Origin: Octopus sinensis
Lineage: Eukaryota
Direction: 5' to 3'
Length of the DNA: 64,000 nucleotides
Assembly (NCBI RefSeq): GCF_006345805.1
Contig: NC_043020.1
Coordinates: 2,294,001 to 2,358,000, forward strand
Shown here one piece after another: positions 14,777-28,401 of this stretch. Position numbers and translations under genes: made by a program. How positions within the stretch are numbered: position 1 is the stretch's first letter; every line of letters begins with the position of its first letter. The notes beneath the pieces are model-generated. The model saw nothing but the letters and a program-made list of their open reading frames with translations. It was not told the origin of the DNA and did no database searches.

Positions 14777-15680
14777 ACACACACATATAATCATGCATAC
14801 ATAGATATATATATACAGGCACAAAAATACACATACATACACACACCATCAGACAGAGCAAAATACACCCACCCGCACACACATCACAAGCAGAAATACA
14901 CCCACTCACAAATACACACATACATGTACACACACACACACATATATACACACCACACCTACATGTAAACACACACACAGACACACACTAAAGAGCAACA
15001 GAGATTTGTTTGTTTACTGATTTTGTGATTGTTTGTTTATTTATTTATTTATTTATTTAATGTTTACTACTTGTTTATGTTTTTTTTAAAAATATTTTAT
15101 AATTTATTTATATATTTTTTTTGTTGTTGTTCTTTGCTTCAAGATTAAACATTTAACGAACGCCAAATGTTACGTTTGGTAACTGAGATGCTGCGAAAAG
15201 ATGAAAGATGAGGCTCGGATACTTAACAGATGACAAAGTTTGATCTCGTCGTTGAAACAAGTAACATGATTATTATCGAGTGGTTATATGGTGGCGCCAC
15301 CCAGTTAACCAGTGATTAAATGCTAATTATTTCTCGTTATTTAATCACATATGATTTAAACTATATATGAATAGAAAGAAAATTTTCAACACGTTTTTAA
15401 ATAATGTTACTTCAAACGCTTTAACATTTTAAATTTGCTCAATGCAATTATTAGCAGTATCAATAAAGCCACAAAAATGAATGTCACTTATTTAAAACAC
15501 TTCAAGTGTATAATTTCTTTTACAACGAAACAGAATGTAGAAATTAAATAAGAATGAGAACAAAATCATACAACACTAATATCTGGTCAGGTTCTTTGGA
15601 ATTTTCTTAAATTAGAACAACATCTATGAAGCAATGGTTCCACAAGATTGCTGTTCATATTATTGGTAAGGTCTTCCCAT

Positions 15681-16283
15681 AAGGCGGCAAGCTGGCAGAA
15701 TCGTTAGCAGGCCAGGTGAAATGCTCAGCCGTATTTAGTCTGCCGTTACGTTCTGAGTTCAAATTCCGCCAAGGCCGACTTTGCCTTTCATCCTTTCGGG
15801 GTCAAATAAATAAGTACCAGTTATGCACTGGGGTCGATATAATCGACTTAATCTGTGTGTCTATCCTTGTTTGTCCCCTCTGTGTTTAGCCCCTTGTGGG
15901 TAGTAAAGAAATAGATATTTCGTCTGCCGCTATGTTCTGAGTTCAAATTCCGCTGAGGTCGACTTTGCCTTTCATCCTTTCGGGGTCGATTAAATAAGTA
16001 CCAGTTACGCACTGGGGTCGATACAATCGACTTAATCCGTTTGTCTGTCTTTGTTTGTCCTCTCTGTGTTTAGCCCCTTGTGGGTAGTAAAGAAATAGGT
16101 ATTTCGTCTGCCGCTACGTTCTGAGTTCAAATTCCGCCAAGGTCGACTTTGCCTTTCATCCTTTCTGGGTCGATTAAATAAGTACCAGTTACACACTAGG
16201 GTCGATATAATCAACTTAATCCGTGTGTCTGTCCTTGTTTGTCCACTCTGTGTTTAGCCACTTGTGGGCAATAAAGAAATAGG
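15681..16283 (+). mobile_element. SINE family B with body repeated three times in tandem (~183 bp unit)
   Basis: Head aaggcggcaagctggcagaatcgttagc, then three copies of gttctgagttcaaattccg...gcctttcatcctttcggggtcg...taaagaaatag. Core resembles Meta/MESC-type SINE domain (from memory). Confidence 0.8.
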
Positions 16284-17023
16284 TAATGTCTTGCCATTTC
16301 TCAGTCATATATTTTATCTTTTATTAGGACTGCCGCCAAGCTGGAGCACCATCTTGAAAGTTCTAGCATTAACATTTTGGTTGAAAAGACTGGTATTTAT
16401 TCTATCAGGCTCTTTTGATGAAGTGCTAAGTTATGACATCATAAACAAATCAACACTGCTTGTGAAGCGGTGATAGGGAATACATATAGATACACACACA
16501 CACATACACATCATCATCATCATTTAACATCCATTTCCCACGCTGGCAGCAGGTAAGATGGATAACTGCCCCAGTCTCCAGTCATCTGTTTCGATTTGGT
16601 GTCTACAGCTGGATGCCCTTCCTAACGCTAATCATTCTAAAGTGTACTGGGAGTATTTTGCATGTCACCTGCACAGGTGCCTTTTACATGTCACCTGCCT
16701 TTTATGTGTCACTGGCACGGGGGCCCCTTATGTGCCTCCAGTACTGGCCATGACCATGATTTCACTTAGCTTGATGTGTCTTCTCAAGCAAAGCAAATCA
16801 CCCAATGTTTCGGTCATGTTGTGAGACTCAACAACCAGAGATCATATTTCACCTCATGTATATCTGTGATGGGCTTCCACACAGTTTCCATGTACCAAAT
16901 TAACTCACACGGCTATGTAGTGGGAATGAACTTGAAACCATTTGATTGCAAAGCAAGCTACTTAACTATAGTATATATACATACATATATATATACATAC
17001 ATATATATACATATATATATATG

Positions 17024-17065
<42 letters not shown>

Positions 17066-17229
17066 CTGTGCCAACATATATGTATGCATGTATGTATGCT
17101 CTTTTCTGTTTTTAATTATTTAAATTTTTCGTTTGAAGAAGATGTTTTCAAACAAAGATACAAAGCTCCATCATTGGAATATAGATAATGAAAACAATGT
17201 CACATTTTCTTTCTGTTTGTCTGTCTGTC

Positions 17230-17912
17230 TGTATGTATATATGTATGTATGTGTATGTATGTATGTATGTATATATGTATGTATGTATGTATGTGTGTGT
17301 GTATGTATGTGTGTATGTATGTGTGTGTGTGTATGTATGTGTGTGTGTGTATGTATGTACGTGTGTATGTATGTATGTACGTACGAACGTACGTACGTAG
17401 TACGTACGTACGTACGTATGTATGTATGTATGTATGATGTATGTATGTATGTATGTATGTATGTACGTATGTACGTATGTATGTATGTACGTATGTATGT
17501 ATGTGTGTAGGTATGTATGTATGTACATATGTATGTATGTATGTATGTATGTACATATGTACGTATGTATGTATGTACGTATGTATGTATGTATGTATGT
17601 ATGTACGTATGTATGTATGTATGTATGTATGTACATATGTACGTATGTATGTTTGTATGTATGTATATATAAATGTATGTATGTATGTATGTACATATGT
17701 ACGTATGTTGTATGTATGTATGTATGTACATATGTACGTATGTATGTACGTATGTACGTATGTATGTATGTATGTATGTATGTATGTATGTATGTATCTA
17801 CGTACGTATGTGTGTATGTATGTATGTGTGTATGTATGTATGTATGTATGTATGTATGTACGTATGTACGTATGTATGTATGTATGTATGTATGTATGTA
17901 TGTATGTATGTA
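17230..17912. repeat. Long (TATG)n/(TACG) microsatellite
   Basis: Directly visible tetranucleotide array. Confidence 0.95.
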
Positions 17913-18752
17913 TTGTTGGTTTTCTTCTGTATTTGATTATTTAAATGTTTCCTTTGAGAAAGAAGCTGCTTTCCAACAAAGATTAGAAAGAAGATAACAT
18001 AAACAATGTCACATTTTAAACTTGAGAAAATTCTTGCATATTTTAACTGTTCCAATTATTGATTGGGGAACAATGTGTATGTGTATCTATGAATTGTGTT
18101 GTGCTGTGCTGGTGTTTATACAGTGTGTATGTGAGAAGGAGAATTAACATGACAGCATTGTGAATCTGAGAGAGAGAGAGGGAGGGAGGGAACAAGAGAT
18201 GGAGAGATGAGAGAATTTCCTCTACTTGTCAACCGCAAGACAAAGCCACAGGCCATATTAGTTCAAATCTGAAGGGAAGTTACATGAAGAACCTTAATTT
18301 ATAAGAAAATGGTGTAATATTCTGAATGCTTGTGGCTGTAATCATCATCATCATTCAATGTCTGTTCTCCCTGCTGGCATGGGTTGGATGGTTTGGCAGG
18401 AACTGCCTGGGCTCAGTATCTGTTTTGATAGGGTTTCTACAGCTGGATGCCCTTCCCTAGGGTCGATGTAATCGACTTAATCCGTTTGTCCTCTCTGTGT
18501 TTAGCCCCTTGTGGTTAGTAAAGAAATAGGCACATAAAAAGCACCCACTACATTCTGTGAAGTGGTTGGTGTTAGGTAGCGAATCCAGGTGTAGAAACCA
18601 TGTCAAATCAGAATGGAACCTGGTGCAGCATCCCAGCTTAACAGTTTTCCAGTTTCCAGTCAAACTGTCCAACCGATGCCAGCATGGAAAACAGACATCA
18701 AATGATGATGATGATGATGATGGTGGTGTGTGTGTGTATTATTATTATTATT

Positions 18753-18811
<59 letters not shown>

Positions 18812-19179
18812 CATTAGGGGGTGGGTATGGAATAAACCATTTGTATTTATGACAAAAGAATAAAAGCATGGGGTGGGGGAAATATTTGGTCAGGATTGTG
18901 GGTTCCACATTAAATCAAAGAAGAATTCCTCTTCAGTTTCTTCGTCAATAGGTCTCTATTGTTGTTTGGATTCATTGAATGATGACTAAAATCATTCATG
19001 CATGAATTTAGGCTTTGTCTTAGAGAAAACATTTCTCTTATAAGAACAATGGTAGAAACAAATACATTTATATACAAACACAAGAGATAGATTTAAATAT
19101 ATAATAACGAAATGGTATGTTTATTTGGATCTATAGACAAATATGTAGCTGTGGGAAAACTTAGAAAACTTAACTTTTG

Positions 19180-19485
19180 TAGGCAGAAGTTTGTTTCCCA
19201 ATCACATGGTTCTGGGTTCAGTCCCACTGAATGGCACTTTGGGCAAGTGTGTTCTACTACAGCTTCAGGCTGAGTAAAAACTTATGAGAGGATCTGGCAG
19301 ACGGAAACTGAAAGAAGCCAGTTATATATAGATGTTTGTGTGTCTGTTTTGCCCCCCCGCCATCACTTGACAACCGATGTTGGTGTGTTCACATCCCCAT
19401 AACGTAGTGGTTCGACAAAAAGGGACCGATAGAATAAGTACCAGGCTTACAAAGAATAAATCCTGGGGTTGATTTGTTCGACTAA
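19180..19485 (+). mobile_element. SINE family A, diverged copy
   Basis: Matches head, internal body and gcttacaaagaataa segment of the other copies. Confidence 0.7.
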
Positions 19486-19911
19486 GGGCCTAACATAACA
19501 GGTGTTGGTGTGTTTACATCCCTGTAATTTAGCAGTTCAGCCACAAGAAACTGACAGAATAAGTACCTGACTTTAAAAAAAAAAACATAAAATACATAAT
19601 GGGATCAAGTCATTCAATTAAAATTCTTCAAAGTGGTGCCCCAGCATGGCCGGTGACCCTGTCAGTGCAGGTGCCACTTAAAAGGCACCCAGTCCACACT
19701 ATAAAGTGGTTGGACTTTAGAAGGGCATCCAGCTGTAAAAATCCTGCCAAAACAGTCATAGAAGTCTGGTGAAGTTTTGGATAGCAAAAGTCAAAGACTT
19801 GCCATGGGACTCAAACTCACATCTTTTATGAACAGAACTGATTTTCTACCACTGGACCAAAACAGTGCGTAGAGAAAATTCAGAAAAGTGGGGAAAATGT
19901 CTTAGACTTAC

Positions 19912-20001
19912 CACCGAGAAGGAAATTGGTGAGGCACGATGATGGTCGGCTGTTCACATCGACTGGGGTGATACGGTGACAACTGGTACAGTGATGTAAC
20001 T
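19912..20001 (-). CDS. INTS13: INTS13 internal exon ([30 protein letters not shown]), 90 bp; not in the ORF track
   Basis: Acceptor ttctctctcctctcgacag|AGTTAC, donor GGTG|gtaagt. Matches human [31 protein letters not shown]. Phase 1-1. Confidence 0.95.
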
Positions 20002-20859
20002 CTGTCGAGAGGAGAGAGAAGTTAGAATGGATTAGTTAGCAGATAATTAATGTAAAAGAAAGGGAGTTTAGCTTTGGCAATAATTAAAAACACACACATA
20101 CATATAGGTACAGGTATTGCTGTGTGGTAAGAAACTTGCTTCCCAACCACATGGTTCTAGGTTCAGTTCACTGTGTGCCACTTGGACAAGTGCCTTCTAA
20201 TATAGCCTTGGGCTAACCAAAGCCTTGTGAGTGGATTTGGTAGAGGGAAACTGAAAGAAGCCTGTCATACATATTTTAACACATAAAAGCACCAACCAAT
20301 CGTGGCTGTTTACCAGCCTCCTCTGGCCCTGTGCCGGTGGCACGTAAAAAACACCCACTACACTCACGGAGTGGTTGGCGTTAGGAAGAGCATCAAGCTG
20401 TAGAAACATTGTCAAACCAGACTGGAGCCTGGTGCAGCCTTCATGGCTTACCAGACCCCAGTCGAACCGTCCAACCCATGCTAGCATGGAAAACGGACGT
20501 TAAATGATGATGATGATGATGATGATCTTGCGTAAGTAATTATTTTAAACCTGGGTATACACCTGGTAGTGCGTTAATTAAAGCACCTTCACTGTCTTTG
20601 GCTACCTGATGTCATCCACAGCATGGATATATATGCCAGTGGATTTACTTCAGGAATTCCTCCGTGTCCATCAAGTGTATAACAAATGAGAGAAAGAGAA
20701 ATTAATAAAAAAAAATCTCATAAATTCCATTTTCTCTTTCTTTTATCTATCATATTTATGTCTGTGTTTGTCCCCTTCCCCACCAGTTGACAACCGGTGA
20801 TGGTGTGTTTATGTCCCTGCACTTAGTGGTTTGGCAAAAGAGACTGATAGTGCATATTA

Positions 20860-21299
20860 GTTACAGTTCAGTTGAGTCCATTATCATTGAAGATTTGGGT
20901 ACGAGACTCGTGTCTGCCAATTTTTGTGCCAAACCTGCTTTTAGCTGACCGAGAAAATACTCAGGTTTCAGTTGCAAAAGACCTCCTTGAATGTGTTGAG
21001 AATGATGGAAACTGTGTGGAAACTTTGCGTAGGCTTCTGAACAGGTGTCACCAACCTTTTGACAAAATTTGATGCAGATTCTCCATTCAACTTTCTCTAT
21101 CATAGTCAGTGTGACGATCACATGCTACACACCTTTCTTCCAAGCACTGCTGTAAACAGTAGAAGTGAACTAGAACGTTAAAACATAGGGTACATGCACA
21201 GCAGAGTTCAAGGTCAATCTGTGTCAAGTGATTTCACTCTGTGTGCTTTAGCTTCATTACTATGGCAACAGCCAGTATACTTATTGATTAGACCACGTA
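20860..21299. pseudogene. Rearranged mariner remnant (same family as 60991)
   Basis: Minus strand: TIR at 21299 and EWRICIKFCQKVGDTCSEAYAK. Plus strand 20860-21012: FVPNLLLADRENTQVSVAKDLLECVEND (WVP-linker region). Confidence 0.75.
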
Positions 21300-21680
21300 T
21301 ATATATGCATATATATATTATAATATATATATATATATAATATAATATGTGATAGATAGATAGATACATACATACGTACGTACGTACGTACATACGTACA
21401 TACATACATACATACATACATACATACATACATACATGTATTTAATGGTAAGCCAACCCAAGAACTTACAGTACATACCTATTACATTATTAGATGGTAT
21501 TTTTTTATATGTTTCTCGCTCTCTAGATAGAGAGAGAGACGGACATAGATAGATAGATAGAGAGAGAAGAGAGAGAGAGGGAGGGAGAGAAATAGAGAGA
21601 GAGAGATAGACAGACAGACAGTCAGATAGATAGATAACCAGACAAGTGGACAGACAGACAGACAGATATATATATATATA

Positions 21681-24089
21681 TATCTTACTATTTTTATTCG
21701 TTGTTACTACGTTTCTTCATACATTGTTACGAAAATTAACCTTTTTAGGCTACTTTCAAGCCTTCGCCATAACTTGATTTATCTTCTACCTCTCTCTCTA
21801 CAAAATTTACCTTAGGCCAGGCTACCTCAAGCCGTAATCCTATCTCTTCTTCCCTCTCTTCCCATCTCTCAGCCATTGGCGGTCTTTCTTTTTTCCTCCT
21901 CTCACCATTACGATTCTATAATTAAATTCCCAATTCAATTTCAACTCCCGTTCGATGTCCGCAGCAAGTTCTTAAAAATTTATCTTACTATTTTTATTCG
22001 TTGTTACTACCGTTTCTTCATACATTGTTACGAAAATTTAACCTTTTTAGGCTACTTTCAAGCCTTCGCCATAACTTGATTTATCTTTCTACCTCTCTCT
22101 ACAAAATTTAACCTTAGGCCAGGCTAACCTCAAGCCGTAATCCTATCTCTTCCCATCTCTTCCCATCTCTCAGCCATTGGCCGGTCTTTCCTTTTTTTCC
22201 TCCTCTCACCATTACGATTCTATAATTTAAATTCCCAATTCAATTTCACTCCCGTTCGATGTCACCGCGATGTCCGCAGCAAGTTCTTAAAAATTTATCT
22301 TACTATTTTTATTCGTTGTTACTACTCTTGTTACTACGTTTCTTCTTCATACATTGTTACGAAAATTTAACCTTTTTAGGCTACTTTCAAGCCTTCGCCA
22401 TAACTTGATTTATCTTTCTACCTCTCTCTCTACACAAATTTAACCTTAGGCCAGGCTACCTCAAGCCGTAATCCTATCTCTTCCTTCCCATCTCTTCCCA
22501 TCTCTCAGCCATTGGCGTCTTTCTTTTTTTCTTTTTCCTCCTCCACCATTACGATTCTATAATTTAAATTCCCAATTCAATTTCAACTCCCGTTCGATGT
22601 CCGCAGCAAGTTCTTAAAAATTTATCTTACTATTTTTATTCGTTGTTACTACGTTTCTTCATACATTGTTACGAAAATTTAAACCCTTTTAGGCTACTTT
22701 CAAGCCTTCGCCATAACTTGATTTATCTTTCTACCTCTCTCTCTACAAATTTAACCTTAGGCCAGGCTACCTCAAGCCGTAAATCTCTTCATCTCTCTTC
22801 CCATCTCTCTTCCCATCTCTCAGCATTGGCGGTCTTTCTTTTTTTCCTCCTCTCACCATTACGATTCTATAATTTAAATTCCCAATTCAATTTCAACTCC
22901 CGTTCGATGTCCGCAGCAAGTTCTTAAAAATTTATCTTACTATTTTATTTTCGTTGTTTACTACTTTCTTCATACATTGTTACGAAAATTTAACCTTTTT
23001 AGGCTACTTTCAAGCCTTCGCCATAACTTGATTTACCTTTCTACCTCTCTCTCTCTACCTCTCTCTCTAAAATTTAACCTTAGGCCAGGCTACCTCAAGC
23101 CGTATCCTATCTCTTCTCTTCCCATCTCTTCCCATCTCTCACCTCATCCATGGCGGTCTTTCTTTTTTTCCTCCTCTCACCATTACGATTCTATAATTTA
23201 AATTCCCAATTCAATTTCAACCTCCCGTTCGATGTCCGCAGCAAGTCTTAAAAATTTATCTTACTATTTTTATTCGTTGTTACTACGTTTCTTCATACAT
23301 TGTTACGAAAATTTAACCTTTTTAGGCTACTTTCAAGCCTTCGCCATAACTTGATTTATCTTTCTACCTCTCTCTCTCTACAAAATTTAACCTTAGGCCA
23401 GGCTACCTCAAGCCGTAATCCTCTCTTCCCATTCTCCCTCTCTTCCCATCTCTCAGCCATTGGCGGTCTTTCTTTTTTTCCTCCTCTCACCTTACGATTC
23501 TATAATTTAAATTCCCAATTCAATTTCAACTCCCGTTCGATGTCCGCAGCAAGTTCTTAAAAATTTATCTTACTATTTTTATTCGTTGTTACTAACGTTT
23601 CTTCATACATTGTTACGAAATTACGAAAATTAACCTTTTAGGCTACTTTCAAGCCTTCGCCATAACTTGATTTATCTTTCTACTCTACTCTCTCTCAACA
23701 ATTTAACCTTAGGCCAGGCTACCTCAAGCCGTAATCCTATCTCTTCTATCTCTTCCCATCTCTTCCCATCTCTCAGCCATTGGCGGTCTTTCTTTTTTTC
23801 CTCCTCTCACCATTACGATTCTATAATTTAAATTCCCAATTCAATTTCAACTCCCGTTCGATGTCCGCAGCAAGTTCTTAAAAATTTATCTTACTATTTT
23901 TATTCGTTGTTACTACGTTTCTTCATACATTGTTACGAAAATTTAACCTTTTTAGGCTACTTTCAAGCCTTCGCCATAACTTGATTTATCTTTCTACCTC
24001 TCTCTCTACAAAATTTAACCTTAGGCCAGGCTACCTCAAGCCGTAATCCTATCTCTTCCCATCTCTTCCCATCTCTCAGCCATTGGCGG
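21681..24089. repeat. Tandem array, ~300-325 bp unit x ~7.7
   Basis: atcttactatttttattcgttgttactac recurs at ~21682, 21982, 22298, 22624, 22934, 23258, 23567 and 23888. Confidence 0.95.
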
Positions 24090-24899
24090 TGCGCCCGCCC
24101 CCCCACCCCCACCACCAATACCGATGAACACTGTTCTCACCCCCACCACCAATACCGGTGAACACTGTTCCTCACCCCCCACCACCAATACCAGTATACC
24201 CTGTCCTCACCATCTACCACCGATACGCCTTACTCATCTACACCGGGTACGCCCTACTCCCTCCTCCTCCCCCCACTACCCCCCACTTCCTCATATATGC
24301 TTTCACTGTGAAAAGACAAGCTGCTAGCGCCATAGCTCATCAACTGCCCACCGATCTTATGCTTCCTCCTGACACTGCCTCATTCCGACTATCCCCTTTA
24401 GCACCTCTCCCGCCTCGTAATATCCTACGTTTTTATTTCTTAGGAACTACACCCACACCAACCCTTCCTGCCATCGTTCCTCCTTACCCCAACCTTCCCC
24501 ACTGGTTGCTCCCCTATATTATTACCGCCTCACTGGACCCCCCCCTCTCCCCAACTCAACTCTAGAATACTGTATTCTTTCCTCTACCTAATAACGTTAC
24601 TCAGTGACGATAACGAATGTCTTTATTTCTTAGGAACCTACACCAACCCTTCCTACCATCGTTCCTCCTTACCCCAACCTTCCCCACTGGTTGCCCTCCT
24701 ATATTACCCGCCTCAACTGGACCTCCCCCTCCCCAACTCAACTCTAGAATATCTGTATTCTTTCCTCTACCTAATTACGTTACTCAGTGACGATAAATGC
24801 TGTGACTACAAAGACCCGGGCTGCTTTCTGCAGCAATTCCACATACCCCCTACTCATTCTAAGTACCCGGATCCCCAAAGTACCCCGGACCTCGTTGCC

Positions 24900-25158
24900 C
24901 ATGTGCCGCTGACACGTTAAAATAGCTCGAACCGATCGTGACGATGCCGGACCCCTCGGCCCCTGTGCAGGTGGCACGTAAAAAGCACCCATCCACTCAC
25001 GGAGTGGTTGGCGTTAGGAAGGGCATCAGCCAGCCGTAGAAACTCTGCTGCCAGATTCAGACTGGAGCCTGGTGCGGCCCCTGGCTTCCCAGACCCGGTC
25101 AAACCGTCCAACCCGTGCTAGCGCGGAAAGCGGACGTAAAACGATGATGATGATGATA
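24900..25158 (+). mobile_element. Repeat family C (RTE-like tail, ends ggacgtaaaacgatgatgat), CpG-rich copy
   Basis: ggcacgtaaaaagcaccc...ggttggcgttaggaagggcatc...gtagaaactc...(GAT)n. Other copies near 16520, 18530, 20285, 29965, 39395, 47410, 49635, 50000. Confidence 0.7.
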
Positions 25159-26946
25159 TACTTGCTAAAGAAAAGATTAATATAGTTCTTTCTAGCAGGA
25201 GAAAGCCTCAACCCCAACCATGCCCACTTTTTTGGGGGGGATGGTTCTTTTCCCCAAAGAAACTAATATTATTTTTACCCTCCAGAAACCACTCAAGCGT
25301 TAATTCCTGTTTCTGTCAAAAGGAAATTCCAAGAGTTTGGTTTCCTGTTGCTATGATTCCAACCAAACTGGTTCAGCATTTTTACCTGAAATTAGGAAAT
25401 TTATCAATTTTTGCACAGAGTCTTCCAGTTGCCTGCTGTTTAGATTGTCTTTCTAAATTCTCTACAAGTTATGCTGGGTCATGCTTCCACTGTTATTGTA
25501 TGTTGGGTCAGGTTTGCAGTGTTGTTGTTGTTGTTATTATTATTATTATTATTATTATTAATATTACTATATTTTTTTTATCTCCCCATCTTTTTTCCTA
25601 ATCCGTATTATACAGCCTTATTATGCTAAACATTTCTGTATCGTATGGTCGCAAAGCATTTTGCGATGCTGTTAGCGGTGGTGGTCATGGCGGTGAGGGA
25701 GGTGGCCATGGTGGTGATGGTGGTGAGGATGGTGGAGCAGGTGGTCATCATCATGGTGATGTTGGTAGTGAGCTTTGACATTGATGGTGGTTGTGGTAGT
25801 GGTCTGGATGATGTCGATGGTGATAATGGTGGTGAGGAAGTTTGATTAGGAATGGTAGTCATGGTGATGATGGTGGTGGTGGTAATGGTTGTAGAAGTGT
25901 TAGTGGTGATGGTGGTGGCAGTGATGATGACGTTGGTGAAGGCACTATATTTTTTTCCAACATTACGTATATATGTTTGTGTGCACATCTGTGCATGTGT
26001 GCATGTGTGTGTCTGCATGTGTAAGTGTGTGTCTGTCTGTCTGTCTGTCTGTTTGTATGTGTATAAATGAAAAAGTGTAATGAAGAAATACTCAGAAACA
26101 AGGAAGAGCCACCGATACTGTAAGATGCATATACACACATATATATATATACATACATACATATATATATACATATATATATATATAAGTATATATATAT
26201 ATATATATATATAAATATATATATGTGCATATATATATATATACTCACATATATATATATATATATATACTCACATATATATATTATATATACTCACATA
26301 TATATATATTATTGTATATACATATATATATAATTATATGTATACATACATGCATATATATATGTATGTATGTATGTATGTATACAGGTGCATATGTATG
26401 TGTGTTTTATATTACTTATTTATTGATATTCTGATAGATCTCTTTAGTATTCTTTATAAATACATGATTCCGCTAAAAGAACCTTCTCTCTGCCCCCCAC
26501 ATCTCTAATCCTTCCACCACCCCCACCCCACTCCTCTAAACCCTCTTATCCACCATATCTTTACCGAGATCAATTCCTTTAATCCTTTTCTTCATTCGCT
26601 TCCAGGATCTTTCTCCCTATCCTTCACGTCGGAATTTATTATTTTTATTTTTTATATTTTTTTAATATTTCATTTATTTTGTTTTCTTCTTTCCCCCACT
26701 CCACGAAACCCCCTCCACACACGCCCCACTACACCCACCGACTTCAATTCCTCTTCTGCAGACTAAGCGAAGATCTTTTACAAGCGATCACACCACTGCC
26801 CCACCCCAGCCAATCATTTCTATTTTATTGAGTAAAGAGAGATCATTTTATATTAAACCCTCTATGTTGTTGTCTATTATTATTATTATTACTATTATTA
26901 TTATTATTATTATCATTATTATTATTACAATTATTATTATTATTAC

Positions 26947-26986
<40 letters not shown>

Positions 26987-27003
26987 AATATTATTATTAT
27001 TAC

Positions 27004-27035
<32 letters not shown>

Positions 27036-27042
27036 TATTATT

Positions 27043-27275
27043 AAGGCAGTGAGCTGGCAGAATCATCAGCATGCCAGGTACAATGCTTAGCAGCATTTTG
27101 TCTGTCTTTGCAATCTAAGTTCAAATTCTGCTGAATTCGACTTTGCCCTTCGTCCTTTCAGGGTCAATAAATTAAGTACCAGTGAAACACTGGGGTTGAT
27201 GTAATTGACTAGTCCCTTTCCACAAAATTTCAGGCCTTGTGCCTTTAGTAAAAAGGATTATTATTATTATTACTA
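27043..27275 (+). mobile_element. SINE family B with (ATT)n tail
   Basis: aaggcagtgagctggcagaatc head, core, ends aaaggattattatt; embedded in (ATT)n. Confidence 0.75.
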
Positions 27276-27289
27276 TTCCATGCACCCAA

Positions 27290-27759
27290 ACGGGAAAGAA
27301 CTAAATCTATCCAATGGGCCCAAATGGTGGAGATATGATGTGTTAAGAAAACCACAATCAGGTCTTTGACGGATCAGGATGGGCGTGTGCTACTTGGCTC
27401 TGAGCAGTGTGTGCAGCTTTTCAACATAGAGTTTACATACATTGTGCGGGCCCACAATTTATCCTGATCACCAATTTTAATCTTTAAGTAACCGAAGTAG
27501 GATCTTTTCCCAGAGTCACTAACATTCATTCTTTGACTTGGTTCTGTAAAACACCCACATGTGTAACAAAAAGAGTCAGGGGAATTCAAACATTTCAAAC
27601 ATGGAGCTACAGGTAGGGGCCGATATGGGCCAGCCCATAGAAAAAAAAAATAGATGTGACAGAAAAAAGCTATTGCCATTCTTAAACTCAGTGGCCTCAA
27701 ATTACCCCAAAACAGGTCTCAAACTTAGGTCAGCAGAAAAAAGAATTTGTTGGCCAGTG
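27290..27759 (-). pseudogene. DNA transposon 5' remnant, probably Chapaev3-like
   Basis: Minus peptide CLNSPDSFCYTCGCFT...KRSYFGYLKIKIGDQDKLWA (Cys-rich transposase N-terminus). Terminus TAA|CACTGGCCAACAAA fits CAC ends with a TWA target; family assignment is from memory. Confidence 0.6.
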
Positions 27760-27761
27760 TT

Positions 27762-28160
27762 ACTCCTTACTCTTTTACTTGTTTCAGTCATTTGACTGCG
27801 GCCATGCTGGAGCACCGCCTTTAATCGAGCAACTCGACCCCGGGACTTATTCTTTGTAAGCCTAGTACTTATTCTATCGGTCTCTTTTGCCGAACCGCTA
27901 AGTGACGGGGACATAAACACACCAGCATCGGTTGTCAAGCAATGCTAGGGGGACAAACACAGACACACAAACACACACATATACATAGATACATATATAC
28001 GACAGGCTTCCTTCAGTTTCCGTCTACCAAATCCACTCACAAGGCATTGGTCGGCCCGGGGCTATAGTAGAAGACACTCGCCCAAGGTGCCACGCAGTGG
28101 GACTGAACCCAGAACCATGTGGTTGGTAAGCAAACTTCTTACCACACAGCCACTCCTGCG
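27762..28160 (-). mobile_element. SINE family A, full length
   Basis: Complete reverse copy from the tactcttttacttgtttcagtc tail to the cacacagccactcctgcg head. Confidence 0.85.
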
Positions 28161-28401
28161 TATGGCTTTTGTGGGTGTTTGTAATGAATTCTAAAGTCAA
28201 CCTTCTAGAAGTTTTGGACCCTTACTTCTCCACTCTAACCAAAGTGCCACAGAGTATTCTGGAATCACAGAGTATTCTGGAATAGTTTGTGGAGAAAAAC
28301 ACAATGTTCAGAAAGAGAGAGAGAGAGAAAAAAAGAGAGAGAGAGGGAGTGTAAACAGCATTTTGGATTGCTTTGGTCAATGCAAAAGGGCTTTTAATTA
28401 A

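Noticed and set aside
9996-17997. Many YI/HT/CV/MYVC ORFs
   Set aside because: Di- and tetranucleotide repeats lacking stops.
21681-24089. Array as CRISPR or hammerhead retrozyme multimer
   Set aside because: No unique spacers, eukaryotic context, and no CYGANGA...GAAA core found on either strand.
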